The notes under the pieces: generated by a model
Databases searched by the model: none
Seen by the model: only the letters and a program-made list of their open reading frames with translations
Told to the model about the DNA's origin: nothing
Shown: piece after piece, positions 21,345 through 33,266 of the stretch
How positions within the stretch are numbered: position 1 is the first letter of the stretch
Layout of the letters: each line of letters begins with the position of its first letter
Made by a program: the position numbers and the translations under genes
Assembly: GCA_043228905.1 (NCBI GenBank)
Contig: JBHGNT010000008.1
Coordinates: forward strand, 18,414,001-18,478,000
Source: Azolla caroliniana
Taxonomy: Eukaryota; Plantae; Polypodiophyta
DNA length: 64,000 nt
Reading direction: 5' to 3'

Positions 21345-24300
21345 AGCGGACTGTTGCGGAGTGGGGAAGTGATAGTCCGAGAAGCCCTGATACCCCACAC
21401 AGGAAGAAAACTCTTGGAGCAAAACATGTACGAATCGGTCCGGATGGGGCATCTACGTACACGACCGTAACCGGAGGATTGAAGAAAGAATACCGACAAG
21501 TGGAGGATAAGTTGCGGTCGGCATCAATAATAAAAGAAGATGAAGAAATCGTGGGGATAGTCGAAGAAGTGTTCTATGGGAGCACGCTACAATGACTTGA
21601 AGAGCTTGCGGAAGATAAAAGCCAAGGGAACCGGGTAGTCCCGGTGGAATCGGTTGAGATGTACGAGATCATTGCGAAAATGGAGCCGGATACACTCCGC
21701 AAAGAAGAAGCAATGGTAAGTACGAAATACAAGACCGTGGAGAAGAAGGTGAAACCGGCCGCGGGACCACTACCCGCCGATAGCGAACAAAAGAGGAAAG
21801 AAGTCTCGGGAGATCCGACACTTCGGAAGTCCGTGGATATCGGACATGCCTTCACGGATGAGACCCGGAAGAAACTTCGGATCGGTGGAGGTGGGTTCCT
21901 ATTACAAAAAGAAGAAGAACGGTTTCGCGAGATGTTGGAGCAACACGGCAAAGCGTTTGCATTTACATCAAGGGAGATAGGATGCGTCGATCCGAGAATA
22001 GTGGAGCCGATGGTGATCTTCACGATTGACCATGTACCATGGAACCTGAAGCCGATTCCGGTGCCACGAGCGCATATTCCGAAAGTCATTGACTTGCTCA
22101 AGGAGAAGGTGGCGATGGGGATTCTAGAGCCATCAACTGCTTCGTACTCAAATCGATGGTTTATGGTTCCGAAGAAGAATGGGTCACTCTGATTTATCCA
22201 AGACTTGCAACCGGTGAATAAGGTCACGATCCGGAACTCGGGAGTCGGTCCGATAGTGGACGAATTTGTGGAAGCTTTTGCCGGTCGTGCGATATACTCC
22301 ATTGGAGACCGGGATATGACCAATTCCAACTAGCCGTGGAGAGCCGAGACATCACAACCATGCAGACACCGATAGGATTAGTCCGAATGTGCACACTACC
22401 ACAAGGAGCAACAAACTGGGTTGCTCATATGATGAACGCGATGAACAAGGTGCTTCGAGACTGCATTCCGAAGATAACGATGCCGTTCCTCGATGACGTT
22501 CCGATGAAAGGATGCGCGATAGAAGAAAAAGATGAGACTATGGATGATCAGGGATGCCGAAAGTTCGTGGTCGACCATATTCATGATTGCGAGAAAGTGT
22601 TGCGAAAGCTAGAAGATGTGCACCTAACACTTTCCGGGGAGAAATCGGCATTCGGGCAAGAAGAAATATTGGTGGTCGGACATCTATGTGGGCCCTACGG
22701 CCGAAGACCGTCACCAACAAAGATCGATGTGATTCAAGCTATGGAGGAAGTATGCGAGTCAACATCCGAAGTCCGAAGGTTTCTCGGTGCATGTGCATTC
22801 TATCACATATGGATTCCGCACTATGCACATATAGCGGACCTGCTCTACCACTTGTTGCGGAAAGGTAAGAAATTCGAATGGAAACCGGAACACACCAAAG
22901 CCATGAAAAATTGAAGAAGACACTTCGGAGGGCGGAAGCACTTAAGAAGCCGAGCTACGACCGATTGATCATAGTAACGGTTGATACAAGTCCAACCGGT
23001 ATCGGGTGGGTCATCAATCAAGCCGACTTGGATGGTTCGTGGTATCCGATCCGATTCGGAGCAAAGGTTCTCAACGAAAGGCAACGTGGATATGCACAAG
23101 TCAAAAGAGAACTGTGGGGAGTCGTGTCGGCGATAAAATCGGATCGGGATTATTTGATCGGAGCCGAAGTGGTGATCGAGACGGATTGTCTTCCGATACT
23201 CGGGATGATGCGGTGTTGTACGATACCGGATGTAGCTATGCTAAGGTGGGTTGCATATGTCAAGTCGCTTAATCCGGAGGTTCGACACATCTCGGGGAAG
23301 GACAACGCGGTAGCGGATATGTTATCAAGGGCTTGGTTCGGAGACGACATAACCGAATCGGATAATGAAGAAGTTTCCGAAGACTACTTCGCGTCGGAGC
23401 ACATATGCCGAGTGAACGTAATCCGAGAATTCCGGGAAGAAGAATACGAGGGAGAAAGCTTGATGATCGGAAAGATGTTACAAGAGGCCGAGGATTCAAG
23501 AAACGATAAAGGAAGAAGAGCCGAGATCCAAAGGAAGAAGAGGCAAGTCCAAAAGTTCTTCTTGGAAAACGGATTAATATGGAGGGCGCCGAAAAGACCG
23601 GATGGTATACCACTTCGAGTAGTCGGGACAAAAGAGCAACGAAACCGGATAATGTCCGAGTTTCACGAATCCGATTGGGCTGGACATCGAGGAACATGGG
23701 CAACATTTGTGAAGATCAAGCAAAAATATTGGTGGAAGAAAATGTACAAAGATGTCGCGGAGTTCACTGAAAGCTGCGAGAAAGATCAAGTCTACTCCGG
23801 GGTTCGACATCGAGATGAGTTACATCCGACATTCTCACTAACAATCAACTTCAAGTGGATGGTCGACATAGTGGCCATGCCGACCGGGATCGGACAAAAG
23901 AAATACTTGGTATTAGCTCGGGAAGATCTCACGAATCAAGTAGAAGGTCGAGCGCTTCAGAGGAAAACGTGTTCCGCGGTATGCCAATTTCTTTTGGAGG
24001 AAGTATTTTGCAGGTACGGGTGCGTAGGACAAGTGATTGCGGACCGGGGAGAACTCGACTCGGACAAAGCTAGGGGATTCTTCGCCAAACACGGAGTTCG
24101 GTTAACGCTGACAACGGCATACAATCCGGAGGCCAACGGGAAAATCAAACGAGGACATAGTCCGATCGTGAAAGCACTTGCGAAGGCATGTGATGGAAAG
24201 GTGAAGGACTGGCCGCGGATGCTTCCGTATGCACTATGGGCGGATCGGACGACGCATAGCTCTGTAACCGGTTACATGTCGGCAGAACTCATGACCAGAC

Positions 24301-24925
24301 AAGCACCGGTAATGCCGACGAAAACCGCGATCGCAACATGGACAGTGCTACCGTGGAAGGAAGAGATGAGCCGGGAAGAACTACTAGCGGTCCGGATACG
24401 ACAACTAGAGGGAAGACCGACAGACATAGCGGAAGCAATACGCCGACAACAAGAAGCACGATTCCGGAACAAAAGCCGATTCGACACAAAGCACCGACTA
24501 CGACCGAGGAGGATTGAAGAAGGAGATTGGGTGATCGTCTATGACAGTAGTTTGGACCATCAACATACAACGATGCGGAAATTCGCGAAAAGGTGGTTCG
24601 GGCCATACGAGGTTCGGAAAGTCTTTGACAACGGAACGTACCGACTGTCCGAGTTGGATGGAACAATACTACGAGTGCCTATAGCCGGGAAACGGGTGAA
24701 GATTTTCAAGAAGCGGACCGACGACAAACCCTATGTGATCCAAGCCAAGGCCGACAACGAGGAGCAATCGGACGAAGACCACGGTGATGCGGGAAGCGAA
24801 GAAAGTGAATTACAACTCATAGTCGACATAAGGGGAGAATCGGAGGAAGCTTTGGGTGAAGACGGATATGCGGAATCGAGAACTTCGGCACATACCGGAG
24901 GATGTGCGGGTTTGGAGGGGGCGAG
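21335..24925 (+). pseudogene. Element 2 pol (RT-RNaseH-integrase), starting in the -1 frame
   Basis: ORFs 21644-22192, 22336-22914, 22878-24968 with PFLDD, VDTS, ETDC, WAGHRG, WFGPY. Confidence 0.9.
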
Positions 24926-25632
24926 TGTCGTAGTGTATTCCACACACTACGTGAAAACCATAAAATAATATATCCGATTTAGATACATATAAATAAATAA
25001 ATAATATATCAAAATACTTATCACCTGCATAGGGCAAGATTCAACCCCTACACCTCCACATAGATAAACCTCAACTTTACCATTGTAATAACTTATCTTT
25101 AGTGTTATACATATAGATTTAATACGTATAAGACCTTTATTTACACATACCTTTATTAAAAGGTAAAAATCATGTATTCTTTAGGGTGTGAATATTTTAT
25201 TTACACGTGACATTAAAAGTGACTCATGCACATCTAGCGTGCATGAGCCCTATACTTAGGAAATGACAAAGCATCACATGCACATTTAGTGTGCATGGAC
25301 ACTTTTGGTGAAAAAGCATGAAGCCATGCTTAGCCTCTTCCATCTTTATATAAGGAGGAGAGAAATATGTATAAGGTTGTTGATTAATATACAGGGATTG
25401 ATCAATCTAATATATTTGTGGGATTCACAAATTTTGCCATCTAAATTACTCTTATAATCTAAATATTGTTTTAAATACACTAAACTCGTGGGATTCATGA
25501 GATTGCTATCTTACTTCTCTTTCTACTATTCATAACTAGCCTTAAGTTGTATTCCTCTTCCTCCTAGTCCAAAACCTCGGCGGTTCCCACCCGACTCACG
25601 CAACGATCCGGAGCCGAAAGGCACGACAACGT

Positions 25633-26122
25633 GCCGCACTTGAGGGGGAGAAAAGGAAAGGGAACAGATGGCATCGGACAAGGAGTCGGAGAGGAAGAAA
25701 GAACCAACAAAGGGGGAGACAAGAGGAAAAAGGAAACCGAGCCGACCGAAGAAGTTGGCAAATCCGAAAAGGTCGAAACAAGCGGTAGTGGCGACAGAGT
25801 CAAGAAGGACAGAGTCGACCGGAAGAAAACGACCAAGACCCGGACGTGGTCTGGTGTGGTGAAGGGCCTGAAACCGGAAGACGAGTTGGAGAACACCGAC
25901 TCGGACAAGAGCTGGAACGAATTAAAGGAAACTGATTCGGTTCAAGATTCGGAGAAGCCGGATCAACTAAAGGCCAAGCGGACACGAATGCAGCGAAAGT
26001 CGATGCCAACACGAAGGAACCGACGGGTCGACAAACGCAGAACTAGAAGGGTCGCGGCAAACAAGACCGGACCAGACGAAGAACACGAGCGAGGCAGAGC
26101 AACGCCAGAAGGAGCCAGGTAG
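25633..26122 (+). pseudogene. Charged C-terminal extension of the Copia-2 pol frame
   Basis: Removing element 2 joins CAT CTC GAC GTG CCG CAC TTG AGG in frame with ORF 25631-26122. Confidence 0.6.
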
Positions 26123-26605
26123 AAGAACCGGTTGCCGCAGACACTAACACCACGATGCGACCTCAAGTTGAGCTTGAGGGGGAGTGTTGAGCGAGCAAGC
26201 TCAACCGGATCCGGATCGGCTGAATAAGCTTGAGCCGGATCAACATCCGGAAGGATGAGCCAGATCGGTATCCAGAAACAACCGGCCGGATCGGGGAACC
26301 AGAAGCCTAGTAGTAGCCTAGAGTACTAGGTAATCATTGTCTCGTAGTTAGTGTTAGTCACACATCTGAGCATTGAAGTACCTGTTAGTACTTCTGTCAG
26401 TCCTTATGGACTTGTATAAATAGTGTTGTTTAGCACGTTGTATGTACATAATTTTTGAGTTAATTTTTGAATATAGTTTTATGTTTTGCTCTCTCTATCT
26501 CCTCTGTGTTTGAAGCTTTTCCACTAAACCTTCATCTCATTTTCTGTTGCTATCTAGCTGAGCTGGTTCTGTTTGACGCTTCCGCACATTAACATTCACA
26601 CAGAG

Positions 26606-27562
26606 GCAATTAGTTGAGTGGTCCAATGTGACAACCGCCTTTTCGAACGACGTTCGGAACGTCAATTTCAAATGCCACGGACTAGGCCAGAACCCACATA
26701 CGCATCAGCTGTAGCTAAATTGGTTGCACGAGATGTATCTCAGGCAAATACTCTGACGCCGACGGAGATCGACACCATGCGTCGACGTGGCCCGTTATTG
26801 GAAGAAGAAAAGAAACGACGACGTGCGAATCGATTATGTCTTTATTGCGGTGGACTAGGGCATATCGCCATCAACTGTCCCCATAGGCCAAGAAGACAGG
26901 TAAATCAAATTGTAGCCTAGAAGACAGGGAATATCGTAGAAGAGTCAGAACCCATTCAGGTTGTCCTAGATAGCTTTGTGTGTGTGGTATCCTTTAATAT
27001 AATTAGTAGTCCAGAGCATCCCATTGTCCTGGGATTACCTTGGTTTAAAGTACATAATCCAAACATAGATTGGAGAACAAGAGAAGTCCGGTATCGACAA
27101 CCTCGAGAATCTACTCATTGAGTTTCGACTATTTCGCTCCATCAATTATGTGAAGAAGGACACAAGGAGTCAATGTTTCTATTTGCAATATTAGTACATC
27201 CTTCCAGCACTATTAGAAAGGAATCCTTAGTTCAACTTCCCGCGAAATATCATCCTTATGCCGGTGTATTTGACAAGGTTAGAGCTGGTACTCTTCCTCA
27301 TCATCGTCCCTATGATTGTCCCATTGATTTACAACCAGGAACAAAGCCACCGTGGGGACTGATTTACAACTTGTCACCAACCAAGTTGGAAGTCCTTCGA
27401 GCCTACATAGAAGAGAATTTGGCAAGCGGGTTTATTTGTCATTCAAAATCTCCGGCCGGTGCACCCATTTTCTTTGTCAAAAAGAAAGATGATTCCCTTC
27501 GTCTCGTCGTTGATTACCGCGGGTTGAATAAGGTCACCATTTGGAATAGGTATGCACTTCCC
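26606..27562 (+). pseudogene. Chromovirus A gag end, partial protease and RT start
   Basis: Zinc knuckle, HPIVLGLPWF, RT motif; N-terminal half of the protease is deleted at ~26920. Confidence 0.85.
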
Positions 27563-27589
27563 CTTGAATAAGGTCACCATTTGGAATAG

Positions 27590-30074
27590 GCTCTGTCGAT
27601 GACCTGTGGCACAGGAGGTTGTGCCATATGAGCCAGAAGGGGATGCGAAAGCTTGCTGAGGACAACCTCATTCTGGAGGTGAAGAACGTGCAACTTGAGA
27701 AGTGCACTAATTGCTTGGCTGGAAAGCAAAGTCGAACATCTTTCCGAACGAGGCCCCCGATGAGGAAGAAAATGCCGTTGGAGCTCGTGCATACGGACGT
27801 ATGCTATGTGGAAACGAAGTTGCATGGTGGTTCATAGTATTTCGTGATCTTCATTGATGACTGTAGCAGGAAGTTGTGGGTTTTCGTGCTAAAGACAAAG
27901 GATCAAGTGTTATCCGTCTTCAAAGAGTTCCAAGTGAGGGCTGAGAGAGAAACCAGCCGAAAATAGAAGGTAGTCCAAGCGGACAATGGCGGAGAGTAGC
28001 GTGGACTGTTCTTGCCGAATTCAAGGAATCCGGCTCGAGTATATCGTGCTGAAGACGCCCGAGCTTAATGAGCTGGCCGAGAGAATGAACTAGACCGTAA
28101 TGGAAAGGGTTCGAAGTATGCTTGCACATGCTAAGTTACTGAAGACGTTCTGGGCTGAGGCACTGATGATGACAGCGTACGTGATAAACCGATCACCCTT
28201 AGTACCCTTGGACGGTGATATTCCACAAAGGGTGTGGAGTGGCAAACATGTATCGTATCGACATTTGAGGGTGTTCGGTTGTCTTGCTTATGTGCATATG
28301 GCAAAGGACTAGAGGGGGAAGTTGGACCCGAAATCTCAGCCATGCATATTTCTTGGCTACGACAATGATGAATTTGTCTATCGGCTATGGGACTTAGCCA
28401 AGAAGAAAGTGATTAGGAGCCGCGACATTGTCTTCATGGAGGAAAAGACAATAGTCGACTGGGAGATTGAGAACAAGTCTCCAACTACTGAATCGAACCG
28501 AGTCGACGCTCAACCGAATCGAGTAGAAGCCGAATCGATTGAAATCGAATTTGAGCCAGTGCCATGCAAGAGGAGATGGATTCCTTGCATGAGAACCACA
28601 CATATGAATTGACCGAATTGCCAAGAGGAAAGAAGGCACTTCGGAATAAATGGGTATGCAAGTTCAAACCTGGAGATGGCGGGAATCCACCCAGGTACAA
28701 TGCACGAATCGTCATGAAAGATTTCCAATAGAAGAAGGGTGTTGATTTCAACGAAATATTTGCCCCGGTCATAAAGATGACATCAATCCGAACCATGTTG
28801 AGCATCATGGCCAGCATGGATCTCGAAGTCGAGCTATTGGATGTCAAGACAACGTTTCTGCATGGTGATCTCGAAGAGGATATCTATATGCACAAGCCGG
28901 AAGGATTTGTAGAGAAAGGCAAAGAGAACCTAGTATGCCGATTAAAGAAGAGCTTGTACGGGTTGAAGCAAGCACCTCGACAATGGTACTGAAAATTCGA
29001 ATCCTTCATGATCGACAACGGGTACCACAAAACACAGGCTGATCACTGCGTATTTGTGAAGAAATTCGACGGAGGAGATTTCCTTATCCTTCTGTTGTAC
29101 GTGGATGACATGTTGATTGTCGGATGGGACCATACGAAGATCCAAGCGCTGAAGAATGCCTTGAGCAAATCATTTTTGATGAAGGATATGGGTCTGGCAA
29201 AGCAAATCCTAGAGATGCACATTGTTCAGGATTGAACAAAGAAATTGTTGTGGCTGTCACAAGAAAAATATGTGACAAAGGTGCTCCAGAGATTCGGCAT
29301 GGAAAGCGCGAAATCGGTCGGCTTGACATTGCCGACGAAATGCGAGCCAAGCAAAGAACAATGTTCGAAATCGAAAACCGAGAAGGCTGAGATGTCAAAG
29401 GTTCCTTATGCCTTGGCAGTCAGAATCCTGATGTACGAGATGGTATGTACCGGGTTGGACATAGGATACGCAGTCGTCGTAGTTAGCTGATATATGAGCA
29501 ACCTCGGAAGAGAGCATTGGGCTGCCGTGAAGTGGCTACTTCGGTATCTAAAAGGCACCTCGAACATGTGTCTTCGTTTTAGTTCAGGTAACCCCACATT
29601 GGAAGGTTATACTGACTCAGACATGTCGGTTGATGTGGATACCAACGGATCCATGTCCGGGTACGTAATGACTTATGGAGGGGGAGCCGTTTCGTGGTAG
29701 TCAAGGCTGCAGAAGGCCTGGCGCTGTCGACCACGGAAGCTGAATATATGGCCGCAACAGAAGCTGGCAAGGAAATCATATGGATGAAGGAGTTTATTGG
29801 TGAGTTGGGAATTTGGCTGGAGGAATTCCAACTCCATTGCGATAACTAGAGTGTCATCCCCCTTGCGAAAAATGTCGCCTACCACACAAGGATCAAACAC
29901 ATCCTAAGAAGATATCATTGGCTCTGAGAGCAAGTAGAAGAAAAGGAGTTTGTTCTAGTGAAGATCCACACAACCGAAAATGGATCGGATATGTTGACGA
30001 AGGTGCTATTAGCCGAAAAGCTAAACGCGTGCCGACAGAGAATCGGTTTGGTGAAGTACCCCATGTCGGAGTGA
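27590..30074 (+). pseudogene. Outer Copia integrase, RT and RNase H (decayed)
   Basis: LWHRRLCHM, LELVHTDV, FWAEA, LDVKTTFLHG, LLYVDDM, YTDSD motifs. Confidence 0.9.
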
Positions 30075-30084
30075 AGGGGGAGTT

Positions 30085-30632
30085 TGCTGGGAAACATGTC
30101 CCTCCGGATGGGAAGAGAAGTACCATGTTGGTGAGTATCTCGTCCTCGACCAAAATTGAAATTGAAATTGAAAATTGAAAACGAAAACCAAAATTGTTTC
30201 GGAAGACTATAATTGTAAATAGTAAAAAATGCCCCCTAGGGCTATACTTGTAAATAGCCAGAAAGTTGCTTTGGTTTATAAGAAACTAGGGGAAACCTTA
30301 TAGCTAGTGTGTAGTTGATCATTATTGAAATGTTAGAACGAGGTAGTTGCCTCTGTAACCGTGAGTGAGAGAGTGAGGTGTAACTCTATAGCCGTTTGTC
30401 AGATGAAGGAGAACTCGAGGACGCTACCTCCGCGTTCCGTATTTATACTTCCTCTCTACTATAGTGATTTGTTGTCTCGGGGTTTGTGGACCCTCGTGGT
30501 TTTTCCCATTTTGGGTTTTCCACGTAAAATATTGGTGTTTCTGCATCTCCATGTTTTTCTTGTTTGTGACTAGTTCTTGGCTTCTGCACACGCACGAACA
30601 TGAAACCAGTTGTGGATGGTCGATTCCTAACA
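30085..30632 (+). repeat. 3' LTR of the outer Copia
   Basis: Follows PPT GAAGGGGGAG; TGCTGGG...CCTAACA termini; sequence right after 30632 aligns with the uninterrupted paralogous flank at ~45956. Confidence 0.8.
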
Positions 30633-31225
30633 GTATCAGCTTCCCCTTGTATTCTTGCTTTCATTCCATATTTAATTACATTTTCCAAGGTTTGGAATTA
30701 TATCCATCTTGACCATGAGAGACACGTTCTCTTACTCATACCAATAATCGATCTGGTAATGCATAAACATGTGTGAGTTCACATTGGATCAAGAGTCTCT
30801 ACTCAAACACACACATATAGACATATGCACACACATATATCTATATTATAAACATACACATTCCTTGTTGGCCATTTTCATGTTTTTGCATTGACAATGT
30901 GGCTTATGATGAAATAACTTATTGTTGGCCAACTAACTCCACACAAATCATCAACAACATGTTGATCGCCATAGACATACCCCGAAGCATCTCTTATTTC
31001 ATTCAAAGGGGGTTTAAGACATCAAATTGCGGGGCGACATTGAGATTAGTTCTTCATTTGCTAAATTGTATGACTAAAACATGTAATTTTATCAAAAGCA
31101 ACACGTAATTAATGTACAATGCTGGAAAACGCCAAAATGTGTTTTGCATATGGTTGGAGGCAATTGAACTTTTGAAAGTCCATCAACTATTAGAAGGACA
31201 CATATCATAAATATAGTGTAAATTT
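30633..31225. repeat. Segmental duplicate of 45956-46522 (3' flank of the small Gly-rich genes)
   Basis: Long colinear match, e.g. CATTCCTTGTTGGCCATTTTCATGTTTTTGCATTGACAATGTGGC in both. Confidence 0.9.
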
Positions 31226-32154
31226 TTAAAAAAACCATTGCCACCACCACCAAAATCGCCACGATCGCCATGACCAACATCAAAACCACCGTTATTACCA
31301 TTACCAATGGGTTCAGTTCGGTTTCTTGTCCTTCAAACCAAACCAAACCATTTATTAATAATAAAAACCGAACCAAACTGTTTAAAATTTTTGAAGCCAT
31401 TTAAACCAAACTGTTTAAAGAATAGGAGAAACCAAACCGTTTACGAAAAATTTAAAACCAAACCAAACCGATTGATCTTAAATCAAAACCAAACCAAACC
31501 AAACCAAACCATTTTTTATTGATATTAATCTTCATACTTATTATAAATTTGTGTGAGAAAATCATCATAAATTTTGTCATCATACTTATCATAAATTTTA
31601 TCATTATACTTATAATATTTGATCATCATAAATGAAAAGGAGACTCTACATATAATGCATATAAAATTGAATAAGTTAAAACTAGAGTTTAAAATTAAAA
31701 GTTGAAAGTTAGAGCCTATAGGGAAAATTTATGAGTATTTTTTAACCTATAAACCTTTAAACCTTTAAACAAAATCACATAAACCGAAACCAATAAGCCG
31801 TTAAACCGGTAAATTCAAAACCGAACCGAAACCGATTAGTAACGTTTGAAACTAAACCAAACCATTTATTTATTTTCGAACATAGAAACCGTTAAGCCAC
31901 GGTTTATCGGTTCAGTTCGGTTTGAGTCGAAATCGGGCCCATTGCTAATTACTATCATTAAAACCACCATTGGTATTGAGATCGTAAGCAACATCAACAC
32001 CGTGGCCACCGAGACAGGTACAGTGTCGTGGCATGGCTCGCCTAGAAGCGTAGTGTTGCGTAGACAAAAGATATCGTGAAAGTGAGGAAGGAATCACTGG
32101 GATTATGGATGGAAGAGACGAAAGCATAGAGATACAATAAATAGAGATCAACAA
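31226..32154 (-). pseudogene. Small Gly-rich gene paralog A, disrupted by a MITE
   Basis: Minus strand reads 'CTCLGGHGVDVAYDLNTNGGFNDSN' before the MITE and 'GNGNNGGFDVGHGDRGDFGGGGNGF' after it; shares 3' flank with the gene at 46523. Confidence 0.5.
31305..31944. mobile_element. hAT-like MITE
   Basis: Terminal inverted CAATGGG...CCCATTG; many subterminal AAACCG/AAACCA motifs; degenerate 8-bp flanks ACCATTAC/CTAATTAC. Confidence 0.7.
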
Positions 32155-33039
32155 GATATGATAAGGTAGGATTTTTAAGGAATATAAGATATGGCAAGAT
32201 AAGATATAAAATGATATTTGAGAAAATGTAGGAAATTTATAATCATTATCATGGAAGAGTTACAAAATGGTTGCGAGCTTCGTTGGATCTTCGATTTTCG
32301 TCTCACAAAGTAACCGCTCTTCCCTTCCTTGATAGTACACCATAATCTTCCCTTCAATCTTTCGATGGGGATAAGACTCCAACCACCGCCCTTCCGTTGC
32401 GAGTTGAGGACCACAACCGCCAAGCTAGTTCTCTTTTAGTCTTTTGAAGATACCTCTCTCTCCCTCTTAGTTTATTATGACATATTATAATTCTCCCTTG
32501 ATCCAATATAATTCGATTCAATCTTATTTCTTCGTATCCTTGTGACTACATCCCCTTCTTTTTTATAGCAAAGGGATAGTCTTGCATGTGGTCCATGTGG
32601 CGCACATGCAGAGTGGCTCTTGCATGTGTGCTATATGGTGCACATGTAATACATTACAATGTTTACAGTATTTAATACAGTTCAAATAATACAACACGTG
32701 GGTCTTTAATATGTTGTCAGTATTGGCTAAGTGGTAGTGATTGAGGCTCTCAAAGTTGAGGTTATGGGTTTGAGTCATCTCTTGCGCATGTAATACAATT
32801 CTTTTTCTTTCTATATAATGTACTATAATTATTTATAAATAAACTATTTATATAGTTTACACATATATCATGAATGTTGGCTAATTGGTAACATGTGAGG
32901 CTCATAAGGTGGAGGTTGTTAGTTTGAGTCCTATTATTCACCTATATAATGTATAATATTATATAAAACACTATCAAGATTCTTTTTATTTTAGTTATGT
33001 ATTTATCTTATTGTAGACTTTTGATGTGAAGCTTTCGTA

Positions 33040-33198
33040 CTTCACGACAACAGGCACCCCTCATAGGATAGCGGCTATGACTAGTAGGGAGCTGGAGCTG
33101 ATGTTTGCTTGGGTGGAGCCGATGGTTCCTTGGCAGCACGACAACGGCTGCTACTACCCTTACCATGGCCACACAAGGCAAGAACAATGAAAATTGAA

Positions 33199-33247
<49 letters not shown>

Positions 33248-33266
33248 GCATTTGGATCAAATACAT
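33040..33266 (-). pseudogene. Small gene paralog B; N-terminal coding part replaced by (TA)n
   Basis: 'TSIFIVLALCGHGKGSSSRCRAAKEPSAP' matches 'TSIFIILVLCHHGEGSNNCHRVAKATSAP' of ORF 43140-43661. Confidence 0.65.
33200..33244. repeat. (TA)n microsatellite
   Basis: Direct reading. Confidence 0.95.

Larger units (their letters stand above)
18560..25628 (+). mobile_element. Phygy-like Gypsy element 2, near-complete, recent
   Basis: 703-bp LTRs 18560-19262 and 24926-25628 with only a handful of differences; TSD ACGT; tRNA-Trp PBS at 19267; gag-PR 19302-21344; pol to ~24925. Confidence 0.95.
1468..26600 (+). mobile_element. Full-length decayed Ty1/Copia element (Copia-2) hosting two Gypsy insertions
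   Basis: LTRs 1468-1857 and 26185-26600 (TG...CA), 5-bp TSD CAGAG, tRNA-iMet PBS TGGTATCAGAGC 1858-1869, PPT GAGGGGGAG before 26185. Confidence 0.95.
361..27589 (+). mobile_element. Decayed chromovirus (Tcn1-like Gypsy) A, 3'-truncated and split by the Copia at 1468-26600
   Basis: LTR-like segment ending TTGACA at 695; gag 766-1467 resumes at 26606 with zinc knuckle CLYCGGLGHIAINC; RT start ([22 protein letters not shown]) at 27173-27562; homologous to the element at 36714-42429. Confidence 0.85.

Noticed and set aside
1468-26600. Naming elements as specific published families (e.g. RLG1, RLC5)
   Set aside because: Cannot be assigned without a library comparison
31092-31522. Hydrophobic 102-aa ORF and KPN-rich 71-aa ORF
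   Set aside because: Off-frame reading of the Gly-rich pseudogene and of MITE AAACC repeats
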